Source of the DNA: a virus
Lineage: Duplodnaviria > Caudoviricetes
DNA: 63,320 bases
Reading direction: 5' to 3' (one strand)
Virus record (IMG/VR): IMGVR_UViG_3300023178_000048
Span: 1 to 63,320 of that record
Shown: one piece after another, positions 1-8,674 of the stretch
How the letters are laid out: each line of letters opens with the position of its first letter
Position numbering within the stretch: the stretch's first letter is position 1
Made by a program: the position numbers and the translations under genes
Notes under the pieces: model-generated
Database searches by the model: none
The model's input: only the letters and a program-made list of their open reading frames with translations
What the model was told of the DNA's origin: nothing

Positions 1-135
1 CACCCGTTGTCCCACTTAGCCCTCTGACCATCAGGAACCGCAGGGGCTTCTGTATCAACAGTACCTGCTGGCATCAAGTAAACCCCCGGCTCTTTAGGAG
101 ATTCATCAGCCGTGGTCGTTCCTACAAAATAACCA
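1..135. repeat. Terminal direct repeat, copy 1 (matches 63186-63320); probably a circular-assembly overlap
   Basis: 134/135 identical to the window end (a/c mismatch at 127 vs 63312); an ORF reads across the junction. Confidence 0.95.
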
Positions 136-164
136 TCAGAATCAAGTTGTACTACTGTTTTCAC
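1..164 (-). CDS. 5' part of a tail fibre assembly/chaperone-like protein that continues across the junction into 63185..62984
   Basis: GTG at 164 after GAGG; reads (M)KTVVQLDSDGYFVGTTTADESPKEPGVYLMPAGTVDTEAP and joins ORF 62984..63262. Confidence 0.75.
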   Translation of the reverse strand, partial: MKTVVQLDSDGYFVGTTTADESPKEPGVYLMPAGTVDTEAPAVPDGQRAKWDNG

Positions 165-171
165 ATTCACC

Positions 172-720
172 TCAATACTTAATACAAGCCAATAATGCTA
201 CGTTACGTGGACGAGCTTCAGAGCCCTCGTTTTGTGCTTTAAATGCGTCGCTGTCAGTTGGGTACACATAGGTGTTTGCCCCGCCGTATCGGTAGTAACT
301 AACCTCAGCATTAATCTTACGATAGGCGTCACCTGCTGTCGTTGTACCGCTATAGCCACCACCGCCGCTTGTAAACGAACCAGTGCCAACGTAGTGTCCG
401 TGCTCTTGGTTTGCGGCACTCTGTGTGCTTCCTAAACTACGTCCAGTATCAACCCCAGCCCCATCATCCAAAGCACGTAGAAACTCTCCACGTAGGTCAG
501 GTACGTTAAACGTGGTAGACCCATCGCCTGACCCAAAGGTTGTGCCGATAGCGGCAAACAAAACATCATAGGTGGTACGCGACACCGCTGCACCGTTACA
601 CTTTAAGAAACCATTAGGGGCTGTGGTCATACCAAAGAAACACACCTGACCAGCCAAGAAAGGCAAGGCATCGGCTGTGACTAATCCTACCCCGTTTGTT
701 CCGTCAATCGTTACTGCCAT
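172..720 (-). CDS. Tail collar domain protein
   Basis: GQVCFF...APNGFLKCNGAAVSRTTYDVLFAAIGTTFGSGDGSTTFNVPDLRGEFLR...EARPRNVALLACIKY is the classic tail-collar signature. Confidence 0.9.
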   Translation of the reverse strand: MAVTIDGTNGVGLVTADALPFLAGQVCFFGMTTAPNGFLKCNGAAVSRTTYDVLFAAIGTTFGSGDGSTTFNVPDLRGEFLRALDDGAGVDTGRSLGSTQSAANQEHGHYVGTGSFTSGGGGYSGTTTAGDAYRKINAEVSYYRYGGANTYVYPTDSDAFKAQNEGSEARPRNVALLACIKY

Positions 721-729
721 GTTCTCCCC

Positions 730-3657
730 TTAAACCACTACCCAACGGCTACCAGTAGGAATCGTTACAGTGATGCCACTGTTAATTGTGATAGGCCCTG
801 CTGACATTGCACTCTTGTTGGTGCTGATGGTGTAGTTGGTTGTTACAGTTTGTTCGTTCTCATAGAACACTGCATCGCTACCACCGCCAGTAGCTCCACC
901 ACCCCCACCAATAGCACCCCAAGCGGAGCCGTCATAACCCTCAAAACTACCATCGTCCGAGTTAAACCGAATATAACCAGCAGACGGTGACCCATCGCGC
1001 TGCGCTGTGGTGCCGCTAGGCAGTTCAGCCGACCCAGTAGAGGATGTTCTAGTTACTAGGTTATCTGCGTTTACGTCGCCTGTGGCAGTGAAGTCACCAC
1101 TAGACTTATCAAAGGTAAAGCGTGTGGTACCGTTGTCGGTGATGATGAAACTTACAGCCGAAGCCTCAAGCTCCATCTCCATCGTGTTGGCAGTGCCATC
1201 GTAGAAAAACTTTGCATCATCTGAAGAGCCAAAACGCAAATGCTCAGTACCACTCGTCCCATCACCAAAGTCAATAATAATAGGATACACATAACTTATA
1301 TAACTATAACTTCCATAGTAATAACTTGTGGTAAGACTGTTGAGACTCGGGTTGTAATAAAGACCTGAATCAATACCTAACGCATAATCTCCCGTGGTAT
1401 TGCCACTAGCAAACGGAATATAAAAATTAGCTGATGTCCCAGTAGCTGTAAGGGCAACGTTATCGGCATTGGTTGCATTAGTTGCGTTTGTTGCTGAGGT
1501 GGCAGATGTCGCGGTGCCTGCGTTGCCAGTAATGCTGATGCCCCACGTGCCGGTAGCGTTGGTTCCGCTGGTGCTAGGTGCGCCCACAGTGTTGTAGCTA
1601 ACAGAACGTGCAACGCTACCGTCAAACGATATAGGCGCTGTATCGCCGCCGCCAGTACCAAAACTAACAGAATTAGATACTTGGTTTGCTGTAGTAGCAG
1701 TAGTAGCAGTAGTAGCAGTGTCTGCGTTACCGGTTAAATCCCCCGTTACCGAGCCAACAGTTAAAACATTGGTGTTGGGGTTATAAGTAAATGTAGCGGT
1801 GCTGTCTTGTAAAAGCGCGTAATTGCCAGTGGTAGAAGCCGTCGTATTAGCAAACGGTACTTTAAATGCACTAGCGGTTGTAGACGTTGCTACGTTTACA
1901 TTTATGGCATTTGTGGCTGTGCCAGCTGAGGTAGCCGAAGTCGCTGTGGCAGCGTTACCAGTAGTGTCCTGATTGCCCGCCGCGTTGACCCCGGGCAAAT
2001 TTATGTCGGCGGTACCATCAAACGATACACCACCTATATTACGAGCGGTCTGAAGTGCCGTGGCCGTTGCCGCATTACCTGATGTATCTTGGTTACCAGC
2101 AGTATTGACCCCGGACAAGTTTATATTTGCGGTGCCATCGAAGCTAACGCCACCAATTGTTCTGGCTGTCTCAAGCGATGTGGCCGTGTCGGCGTTTCCC
2201 GTTAGGTCGCCCGTAAAGCTGGTGGCAGCTAAATCGCCTGTAGCTTTGGTAAACGTGAATCTTGTTGTGCCGTTGTCGGTGATGATGAAACTATTAGCAG
2301 CAGACTCAAGTTCCATCTCCATAGTGTTGTTAACACCATCGTAGAACATCTTGGCGTCTTCACTAGCCCCCCAAACTACATAATCATCGTCTCCAAATAA
2401 TCTAACGCCGGTAGTAAAATAACCAACACCAGAAACAGTTAAATAACTTGTGAATAATTGGTTAAGGCTGGGGTTGTAATAAAGACCACTATCAACACCT
2501 AACGCATAATTCCCTGTGGTATTTCCACTAGCAAATGGAATGTAAAAGGTAGATGATGTGGATGTGTTTGTTAAGGCAACATTTGTTGCGTTTGTGGCCG
2601 TACCACTCAAATCAGCGGTAATAGTGCCAGCGCTGAAGTTGCCAGAAGCATCACGAGCAACAATAGTAGAAGCAGTGTCTGCATTGGTTGCGTTAGACGT
2701 AACCGTGAAAGTCGCGTTGCCGGTCTGGTTGGCAGTAAACGTCTGGGAGCCTGACAAGCCCGTGCCAGACACACTCATCGTCAGCGTACCGTCCCCGGGT
2801 TGTGGAGATGCAGCAAACTGCGAATACGTTATGTCCGTGGTACCAAACGTAATGGTGCCTTGCGTGGTCAGTACGTACGACTCACCGGCTCCGGTATCAC
2901 CCTCAAGCACAAAGAACGCATCGCCCTGACCCATAGCATCCGGGTCGCTTGGGTTGTAGGTGTCGGCATCGGTTGCTCGGGTCAGCACCCAGTTTGTCGA
3001 GTCAGAGCCAATATCCGTAACCGTGTAAACGCCGTTCTGAGTTTGATCGACTTGGGTGTAAATTAGCACCCTGTCGCTGGTAGCCATCGTAATACCGTCG
3101 ATTACTAGCGCAGCCTGAGTCCCCGAGTTGGTCAGGGTAGCGCCAACACCGGACGAGCCGTTGTTATAAGTGGCCGTCAAAGCCGTAGGCGATTCAACCC
3201 GCACCGGGTCATGGTAGTGCAGGGCAGCAGCCGTGGCGTTATCTACGTATTCTTTGGTCGCAACATCTAAATTATTAGTTGGGGCAGCGCCAACCGTAAT
3301 CTTGCCGCCAACCGTTACGTTGTTGGAAGCATCTTCAAAGACCGCCTTATCAGACGGCTGAGTGATAAATACCTCTTTTGTGCCAGCGCTAAAGTTGACT
3401 GCCGAACCGGAATTACTAGAGGACAGGATAGTGTCCCGGCTAAGCGTCGTACCACTGGCCGTAAACGTGCCAATACCTACTTCCCACTCACCAATAGACG
3501 CACTGGCGGTATTGTGTATGGTGTAGTAAACCGTATCCCCGTCGGACACAGCCGACGTGAAACTTTGGTACCCCGGATAGGCTCCGGAAAGCGTAATAGT
3601 GCCCGTCCCCGTCGTGGACGAGGACTCACGAACGCGGTCTTTGAGCGACAGGGCCAT
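730..3657 (-). CDS. Long tail fibre/spike protein with internal duplications
   Basis: 975 aa, T/S/G/A-rich; repeated GNAATAT and ARxIGGVSFDG motifs; tail-gene context. Confidence 0.8.
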   Translation of the reverse strand: MALSLKDRVRESSSTTGTGTITLSGAYPGYQSFTSAVSDGDTVYYTIHNTASASIGEWEVGIGTFTASGTTLSRDTILSSSNSGSAVNFSAGTKEVFITQPSDKAVFEDASNNVTVGGKITVGAAPTNNLDVATKEYVDNATAAALHYHDPVRVESPTALTATYNNGSSGVGATLTNSGTQAALVIDGITMATSDRVLIYTQVDQTQNGVYTVTDIGSDSTNWVLTRATDADTYNPSDPDAMGQGDAFFVLEGDTGAGESYVLTTQGTITFGTTDITYSQFAASPQPGDGTLTMSVSGTGLSGSQTFTANQTGNATFTVTSNATNADTASTIVARDASGNFSAGTITADLSGTATNATNVALTNTSTSSTFYIPFASGNTTGNYALGVDSGLYYNPSLNQLFTSYLTVSGVGYFTTGVRLFGDDDYVVWGASEDAKMFYDGVNNTMEMELESAANSFIITDNGTTRFTFTKATGDLAATSFTGDLTGNADTATSLETARTIGGVSFDGTANINLSGVNTAGNQDTSGNAATATALQTARNIGGVSFDGTADINLPGVNAAGNQDTTGNAATATSATSAGTATNAINVNVATSTTASAFKVPFANTTASTTGNYALLQDSTATFTYNPNTNVLTVGSVTGDLTGNADTATTATTATTANQVSNSVSFGTGGGDTAPISFDGSVARSVSYNTVGAPSTSGTNATGTWGISITGNAGTATSATSATNATNATNADNVALTATGTSANFYIPFASGNTTGDYALGIDSGLYYNPSLNSLTTSYYYGSYSYISYVYPIIIDFGDGTSGTEHLRFGSSDDAKFFYDGTANTMEMELEASAVSFIITDNGTTRFTFDKSSGDFTATGDVNADNLVTRTSSTGSAELPSGTTAQRDGSPSAGYIRFNSDDGSFEGYDGSAWGAIGGGGGATGGGSDAVFYENEQTVTTNYTISTNKSAMSAGPITINSGITVTIPTGSRWVVV

Positions 3658-3669
3658 TTGCCCCTCCTA

Positions 3670-4092
3670 TTAAGCTATACGGATGATAGCAGTGGTTGCG
3701 CCCGCTGCCGGGAACTGAATAGTGAAATCACCTGCTGTAGATGTTTTATCCCCACCAAAATCCAGCACCGCAACAGCCGCGTTAGAATTGCTTGAGTTAT
3801 AAATCAGAGCGCCTCTAGCCGTAATAGTCGCAGTAGACCACGTAACATCACTAAAGTCTATATACGCCGTAGTACCGCTAGACGTAGGCGCAGTGCTAAC
3901 TGTCAATGGTTTGCCGCCCGCCGTGTAGCCCGTACCACTAACTTCGTTACTAGCCGTATACGCCGAAGTAGAGGCATCTAACGTAGCCGAAGAAGTATAC
4001 AAAGCAATATAGTATGTATCAGTGTCAAAATCTTCATCAGCCTTCATAAGATTTACTTTGAAGGTGGTGCACATTGCTTGAGTAATAGCCAT
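3670..4092 (-). CDS. Conserved virion structural protein
   Basis: 140 aa (YIALYTS..., GYTAGG, TITARGALIYN); GGAG RBS; late operon. Confidence 0.65.
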   Translation of the reverse strand: MAITQAMCTTFKVNLMKADEDFDTDTYYIALYTSSATLDASTSAYTASNEVSGTGYTAGGKPLTVSTAPTSSGTTAYIDFSDVTWSTATITARGALIYNSSNSNAAVAVLDFGGDKTSTAGDFTIQFPAAGATTAIIRIA

Positions 4093-4109
4093 ATTAAGCT
4101 CCTGTCAAA

Positions 4110-4766
4110 TCAAGTTACTGGGACTCGCACCTGACCAGCTCGGTACGAATCTTGCCGTTCAAGCCCATCACCAAGCCGTTTAGCTAGTTGAAGTGCCTCG
4201 TTGTACTTTGCGTTGTATAGCTGCAATAAATCAGGCTCGCCCTTCATGAACGTATAAGCCTCGACCAAAGAGCCGTACAACAGTACAGAATCAAAGTTAT
4301 CGCCCAACCAAGAAGTGCCGGAAGCAGCGGTCGTGATTGACGGTGGGTAATAGTAATAGTGAAGCTCCGCCGTGTAATTGGCATCTGGCGTAGGGCCAAG
4401 AATAAAAGACAACTCGTTCACATCCCCAGACTGCGGGCCAAAAATAGCATAGTATTTGGGGGTGCCAGTAGCTGTGGGGGTTGGGTAAGCCTGCCGGATA
4501 AAATTAACGTCTTTATTTAGCAGATACTCGTAAGCACCATCACCATCAACAATAGCTAGAGAATAAGGTGACAGAAAATCGTTAGGGCAAGATAGATATT
4601 TGTTGTTTAGCGTAGCGGTGCCGGTTACATTTTTACGTAGCGACGGGAACTGAATCGAGTTGTAAATGCGTTGCTCAGCCTGCTCAACAAACGTAGCAAG
4701 ATCCGTGGACGTAAACGTGTTTTCCGTGTAGTCCTGTATCGCAGTCGTCAACTCAGAATAGTTCAT
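4110..4766 (-). CDS. Putative head-tail adaptor/connector protein
   Basis: FVEQAEQRI, GTPKYYA, LLYGSLVEAYTFMKG motifs typical of adaptor proteins; context. Confidence 0.6.
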   Translation of the reverse strand: MNYSELTTAIQDYTENTFTSTDLATFVEQAEQRIYNSIQFPSLRKNVTGTATLNNKYLSCPNDFLSPYSLAIVDGDGAYEYLLNKDVNFIRQAYPTPTATGTPKYYAIFGPQSGDVNELSFILGPTPDANYTAELHYYYYPPSITTAASGTSWLGDNFDSVLLYGSLVEAYTFMKGEPDLLQLYNAKYNEALQLAKRLGDGLERQDSYRAGQVRVPVT

Positions 4767-4978
4767 TACATCACCCCGCCGCTAGCCCACGGCACGGAAG
4801 TAGCCCAAATCTTTACGCTTTGTTTCGGCTCCCAAGGCTGACCGCAGTTAGTGCAAACACCCGTGGATTCTTCAGCAGCGCTAACCGGGTCGTTGCAATG
4901 AGCACAAACGACCTCAATCTCATGGGTAGGTTCGACCACCCCATTCTCAAGCTGCCTAGACTCTACACGCGTCTTCAC
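4766..4978 (-). CDS. Small Zn-ribbon protein
   Basis: CAHC...CTNC; start and stop coupled to neighbouring genes. Confidence 0.6.
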   Translation of the reverse strand: MKTRVESRQLENGVVEPTHEIEVVCAHCNDPVSAAEESTGVCTNCGQPWEPKQSVKIWATSVPWASGGVM

Positions 4979-5136
4979 GCCATTGGCCCCCGGGCCATCG
5001 TGCCCTTGGTCGCTGCACCGGTACCGCGAATCTTGACACCAGAGGTTTTAGCCCCGGTCTCAGGATACCCAGCCGTTTTTGGCACGGGTACAGGTTTTGG
5101 TTGCGTGTATTTGTTCAAACAAGCGGTTTTATTCAT
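4975..5136 (-). CDS. Small basic protein, 53 aa (not in ORF track)
   Basis: AAGGAG RBS; MNKTACLNKYTQPKPVPVPKTAGYPETGAKTSGVKIRGTGAATKGTMARGPMA; stop overlaps next start. Confidence 0.7.
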   Translation of the reverse strand: MNKTACLNKYTQPKPVPVPKTAGYPETGAKTSGVKIRGTGAATKGTMARGPMA

Positions 5137-5145
5137 ACTAACTCC

Positions 5146-5484
5146 TTACGATATAGACACCGTAACAGTGCCAACTGTACCCGAAGATTGCACTCCAGAC
5201 AAGGGATTGAACGTGCCCGGGATGTACCGGGATGAGGTTGGGATGTTGACATCGCTAAGCGAGCGGTCTGGGCGCGGGTTCATAATTGCCTGCGGATCGA
5301 CCACCGGATACTTGCCAACTTTGTACTGAGGATGGTCTGGCTCCCAGCACTGCGGACACACCTGAAGATTGGTCGGAGCCTCGTTGACCACCAACTCTTT
5401 GAGCACCCTACGCTTATACTGGAACCCACACCTATCGCACTCGGCGATGGTGTATTTACCCTGAGCGTATTTGGTTGCTGACAT
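5146..5484 (-). CDS. Conserved Zn-binding late protein
   Basis: CDRC...CPQC followed by WEPDHPQ; tight operon packing. Confidence 0.7.
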   Translation of the reverse strand: MSATKYAQGKYTIAECDRCGFQYKRRVLKELVVNEAPTNLQVCPQCWEPDHPQYKVGKYPVVDPQAIMNPRPDRSLSDVNIPTSSRYIPGTFNPLSGVQSSGTVGTVTVSIS

Positions 5485-5490
5485 TAGGGT

Positions 5491-6183
5491 TTACCCTATA
5501 GTCATATATCGTGGTACAAGCTGGAACGTGGCTTTTTCTCTATCTTCAGTAGCAGCAAGCTCCCATGCTTCGTCATACTGCTGTTTGAGTAAGCCAATAC
5601 GCTCAAGCCCGTTCGGAAGCTTCAGCGCCAAGTAATACGCCAAGCCAGCCGTCAGACAGTTCAAAAACCTAAAAGGCACATCCATCGTGTTTACGCCATT
5701 GCCAGCATCTTGAATACGACGTAGGCGCCAGTAGACCAGCGTGTAGGTCTCGGCAGTATCGGGCACAGGCCAGAGGTTAATTGATGGGGCACTCGTCTGG
5801 CGGTCAATATAGACTTGTACAGGTCTGCCCGTGGTCAATTTGTTGGGGATGCTGGAATACGTAGATACACTAATACGAGAAAGCGCCAAGTCAGCTTGAT
5901 TAGCCGCAGACCCCGAATCTGTGCGGATTACGTGCTCCAAAAGGTCAACCGTGTCAGCCGGTAGAGTGTACGTGCCGATTCCGGCAGTAAGTACCTGAGA
6001 CCCTTGTTCAACCGTCCAAAGGTTGATACCCCGGTTAGCCCAGTCGGTAAACATGAGATTCAGGCTACGGCGGGCCGTACGCAGGTCATACCCAGTACGC
6101 ATCTCGCTACCCGCGCGCTCGAACGCCTCCTCGACCAACTCGGTCAAGTCCATGTTGAATGTTGCGGTACCTGATGTAGCCAT
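5491..6183 (-). CDS. Putative head-tail connector / tail tubular-type protein
   Basis: EEAFERAG, ARRSLNL..WANRG.NLWT, GRP.Q.Y, LAYYLA motifs; structural context. Confidence 0.6.
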   Translation of the reverse strand: MATSGTATFNMDLTELVEEAFERAGSEMRTGYDLRTARRSLNLMFTDWANRGINLWTVEQGSQVLTAGIGTYTLPADTVDLLEHVIRTDSGSAANQADLALSRISVSTYSSIPNKLTTGRPVQVYIDRQTSAPSINLWPVPDTAETYTLVYWRLRRIQDAGNGVNTMDVPFRFLNCLTAGLAYYLALKLPNGLERIGLLKQQYDEAWELAATEDREKATFQLVPRYMTIG

Positions 6184-6428
6184 TATTTACCTCTGTTCCT
6201 ATGCGGAGCCACTTTCTTTGCTATTTTTGTTGGTTGTTTGACGAATTGTTGCCCTTTAGCCATTCCTTTACGCTTCGCTCTGCTAGTGCTAGCGTATTCA
6301 GCAGGGGTAAGAGACCTAATAGCAGATTCAGGCAAGTATCTTTCGCCCGTTTCAGAAGATTTTTTACCACTCTTGGTTCTCCATTTCTGCTTCGTCCAAG
6401 CCTTTAACGATTGTTGGGGCTTCTTCAT
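6183..6428 (-). CDS. Small basic conserved phage protein
   Basis: QQSLKAWTKQKWRTKSGK..TGERYLP; coupled to neighbours. Confidence 0.7.
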   Translation of the reverse strand: MKKPQQSLKAWTKQKWRTKSGKKSSETGERYLPESAIRSLTPAEYASTSRAKRKGMAKGQQFVKQPTKIAKKVAPHRNRGK

Positions 6429-6577
6429 TCTTCGCCGCCCCAGAAAAACAACACACGTAGAACCAACAAATCAATAGCTAGGGCACTTTCTTCGCTATCT
6501 TCGTCCGCCTGTGGTACATACTCAATACCTAGGCTGACGCCAAATATTGGGTGGATCTCGATTTCAAAGCTTTTCAT
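6425..6577 (-). CDS. Small hypothetical protein, 50 aa (not in ORF track)
   Basis: MKSFEIEIHPIFGVSLGIEYVPQADEDSEESALAIDLLVLRVLFFWGGEE; 4-nt overlaps at both ends. Confidence 0.6.
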   Translation of the reverse strand: MKSFEIEIHPIFGVSLGIEYVPQADEDSEESALAIDLLVLRVLFFWGGEE

Positions 6578-6777
6578 AGCTTTTCTGCGGTTTTATATGC
6601 CTTTAGCTCCGTTTCAAGCTCTCTAATCCGTTTATCTCTTTCATCCAGCTTACGCATCAGCCCGATATTCATTTCCGCCCAAGTAGAGATTGCTTCCACA
6701 CGTTCTTTATGGTCTTCAGCCATCATCTTGAACATGCGCTCGGCAACGTCTATTTGGGTTTTCATGAAGTCATTCAT
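6574..6777 (-). CDS. Small coiled-coil protein
   Basis: 67 aa, fills the operon, heptad-like C-terminus. Confidence 0.6.
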   Translation of the reverse strand: MNDFMKTQIDVAERMFKMMAEDHKERVEAISTWAEMNIGLMRKLDERDKRIRELETELKAYKTAEKL

Positions 6778-6938
6778 TACTTCTTCTTCGCTCTTAGCTT
6801 TTTAAGCATAGTTGCCATCGAGTTAGTTTTTGGCTTAGTCGAAGTCTTTTTAGTACCGCCCGGATTTATAGGGTTCCTACTAGACTTACGCTCCGGTATA
6901 ACACTACCCTTAGCAATACCTTTCTCAACCTTAATCAC
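6777..6938 (-). CDS. Small Lys-rich protein (probable GTG start at 6938)
   Basis: C-terminal part of ORF 6777..7046; overlaps the upstream stop codon. Confidence 0.5.
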   Translation of the reverse strand: MIKVEKGIAKGSVIPERKSSRNPINPGGTKKTSTKPKTNSMATMLKKLRAKKK

Positions 6939-7170
6939 GATACCCACCGCCTTTCTCTTTGTACTTCTTGGCAAGCAACTGTGCCTTACGAGCTGACCAC
7001 TGGCCAGCCTTTGTACCCTGAGTAGCAGATGCCTTGATCGACTCAAACAAACTCTTACGCATACCGGGTTTGGTGTAGTTACCAGCCTGATTTACTTTAG
7101 ACTTGGTAGCGCCACCTTTTTTCATAGCGACGGGTTTCATAGCCCGCCCCATACCACGGCAGTTCATCAT
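6931..7170 (-). CDS. Small basic conserved phage protein
   Basis: MMNCRGMG...MKKGG...GQWSARKAQLLAKKYKEKGGGY; start re-called to the ATG after the upstream stop. Confidence 0.7.
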   Translation of the reverse strand: MMNCRGMGRAMKPVAMKKGGATKSKVNQAGNYTKPGMRKSLFESIKASATQGTKAGQWSARKAQLLAKKYKEKGGGYRD

Positions 7171-7171
7171 G

Positions 7172-7414
7172 TCAGCACATCCTACCTTTGGTTTTGCCAC
7201 GCTGGGCAATACCATCGCCACGAACTTTGCCGCCTTTCTTGTACTTAGCCATACCACCGGATTTCATCATTTTTCCGGCTGCACGGTCTTCGTCAACGTT
7301 TTTCTGATCAATGGCATTGGCGCGATCTCGGGCGCGATTAGCGCCTTCAGTATCACCAGCGGCTTCTCGCTCGTCTGCGAGTTTTCTAAAGTCTGCGGCG
7401 GTCATTTCTGCCAT
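7172..7414 (-). CDS. Small protein with MKSGG/YKKGG motifs
   Basis: C-terminal GGKVRGDGIAQRGKTKGR; operon packing. Confidence 0.7.
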   Translation of the reverse strand: MAEMTAADFRKLADEREAAGDTEGANRARDRANAIDQKNVDEDRAAGKMMKSGGMAKYKKGGKVRGDGIAQRGKTKGRMC

Positions 7415-7416
7415 GA

Positions 7417-7581
7417 TTAACCTTTCACATTCTTTTTGGCTATCTTTTTAGCCGTTTTGTGGGCACGTTTACCCACGAACTTGTCTGCCACGCCCTTAGA
7501 AACACCGACCTTCTTTGCAAACTTTGGGTTATTAGCCACGGCCTGCATGAACTTTTCTTGTTTCTTACTCTTCGCTGGCAT
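7417..7581 (-). CDS. Small basic protein, 54 aa (not in ORF track)
   Basis: AAGGA RBS; MPAKSKKQEKFMQAVANNPKFAKKVGVSKGVADKFVGKRAHKTAKKIAKKNVKG. Confidence 0.7.
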   Translation of the reverse strand: MPAKSKKQEKFMQAVANNPKFAKKVGVSKGVADKFVGKRAHKTAKKIAKKNVKG

Positions 7582-7753
7582 CTTTTTTCCTTACTTTATC
7601 GACCAAGCCCTGCACCGTATCACTTTCCCAGATGCGGATACCCAGCCAGATGATGGTGAAAACGGAACCCACCGCAGGCAAAATATCCATTACGGTTCCA
7701 ACAGTGGTAGCCACAGCTACTGCGTCTGCTACAGCTTTTACATCGCCACTCAT
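7565..7753 (-). CDS. Small membrane protein (holin-like)
   Basis: Hydrophobic ILPAVGSVFTIIWLGIRIW followed by a charged tail. Confidence 0.55.
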   Translation of the reverse strand: MSGDVKAVADAVAVATTVGTVMDILPAVGSVFTIIWLGIRIWESDTVQGLVDKVRKKDASEE

Positions 7754-7754
7754 A

Positions 7755-8021
7755 TCAGCAGTTCCATGCTCTAAGGCTCTTGTTTATACGACTGTTCGGG
7801 TCTTTCGCTGTCTTGGAAGACGTCAGCTTCTTCTTCATGCCTTCCATTCGAGAGCAGAAAGACTTTCGCCTCGCGGCGTCCTTCTTTGTCTTTGGCTTGG
7901 GTGCGGGCGGCTTGAGCCCCGGTTTCCCGGGGTTGGCTCGGTTGTAAGAGGCGCGCCCTTTGGCGTTCAGTCCGCCTTTGGGGTTCTTGCCTTCTTTGCG
8001 CGTCCATGCTGCGCTCGCCAT
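7755..8021 (-). CDS. Small basic conserved phage protein
   Basis: AWTRKEGKNPKGGLNAKGRASY...RRKSFCSRM...SRINKSLRAWNC. Confidence 0.75.
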   Translation of the reverse strand: MASAAWTRKEGKNPKGGLNAKGRASYNRANPGKPGLKPPAPKPKTKKDAARRKSFCSRMEGMKKKLTSSKTAKDPNSRINKSLRAWNC

Positions 8022-8023
8022 GA

Positions 8024-8326
8024 TTAAGCAGCCTTGCCGCCAACAAACAACACCACCACGCTAGTAACCTTAGCCGGGTCAAACGACACATAAATGTCGG
8101 TCGAACACAAGATACCGTTGTCGGGTATCAAAAGGTCATGCGCGCCAGCAGCCGGAGGGCTAGGCACAGATAGCACCGTGGTGCCGCCTGAACCGCCGTC
8201 TTTGAACACAATCGTGTCTGCCGTACTGGTCGAGATGTAGTAGATGCCCGCAATACGCGAGCGTCCGTTTACCGCTGTTCCAGCAGCAGTCAGGGTCTTA
8301 GCCTGAATGTCACTTGCAAAACTCAT
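8024..8326 (-). CDS. Putative virion structural protein (beta-rich)
   Basis: 100 aa, AGGAG RBS, downstream of the capsid module. Confidence 0.6.
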   Translation of the reverse strand: MSFASDIQAKTLTAAGTAVNGRSRIAGIYYISTSTADTIVFKDGGSGGTTVLSVPSPPAAGAHDLLIPDNGILCSTDIYVSFDPAKVTSVVVLFVGGKAA

Positions 8327-8365
8327 AATTTGCTCCTTGAGTTAAAAACCCTCGCGGGAGACAAA

Positions 8366-8575
8366 TTACGACAATGCAGCGCCTACAGCAGTCTTCCAAG
8401 CCGAGCCGTCGCTGATCACAATGCAAATTTCGTCATTGCCAGCGCCGTTATCGGTGATGATATACATGGTGCCAGCGGCAACCGAAGAGGCTGCGGGCAA
8501 CGAGGCCGTAACAGTGACAGGGGGTACGAAGCCGTTGGTCGAAATAACCGGGCCAGAAAAAGTGGTATTAGCCAT
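8366..8575 (-). CDS. Putative head decoration/fibre protein
   Basis: MANTTFSGPVISTNGF...SDGSAW; GAGGA RBS before the ATG at 8575. Confidence 0.6.
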   Translation of the reverse strand: MANTTFSGPVISTNGFVPPVTVTASLPAASSVAAGTMYIITDNGAGNDEICIVISDGSAWKTAVGAALS

Positions 8576-8582
8576 TTTCAAT

Positions 8583-8674
8583 CCTCACATGCGAGTTAAA
8601 ACGTAGGTATTACTGTCTGCATGTCGTCAGCCGGGACTGTCAGTAATACCGGGTGACCCCGGACTTGCCTACGT
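8583..8674 (-). ncRNA. Structured RNA, probably the Mu-gpT-DE motif
   Basis: 10-bp stem GGUAUUACUG/CAGUAAUACC (8650-8641/8615-8606); CCGGG/CCCGG and ACAUGC/GCAUGU pseudoknot pairings; lies downstream of a Mu gpT-like capsid gene. Confidence 0.6.

Noticed and set aside
1-135. Biological direct terminal repeat (T7-like)
   Set aside because: Falls mid-gene in the tail module; more consistent with assembler overlap, though reads are needed to exclude it
730-3657. Diversity-generating retroelement acting on tail fibre repeats
   Set aside because: No reverse transcriptase; both repeat copies are in-frame within one gene and differences are not adenine-specific
8620-8635. Hammerhead ribozyme (CUGACGA on the minus strand)
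   Set aside because: No GAAA core or stem II/III arrangement follows; better explained by the Mu-gpT-DE-like fold
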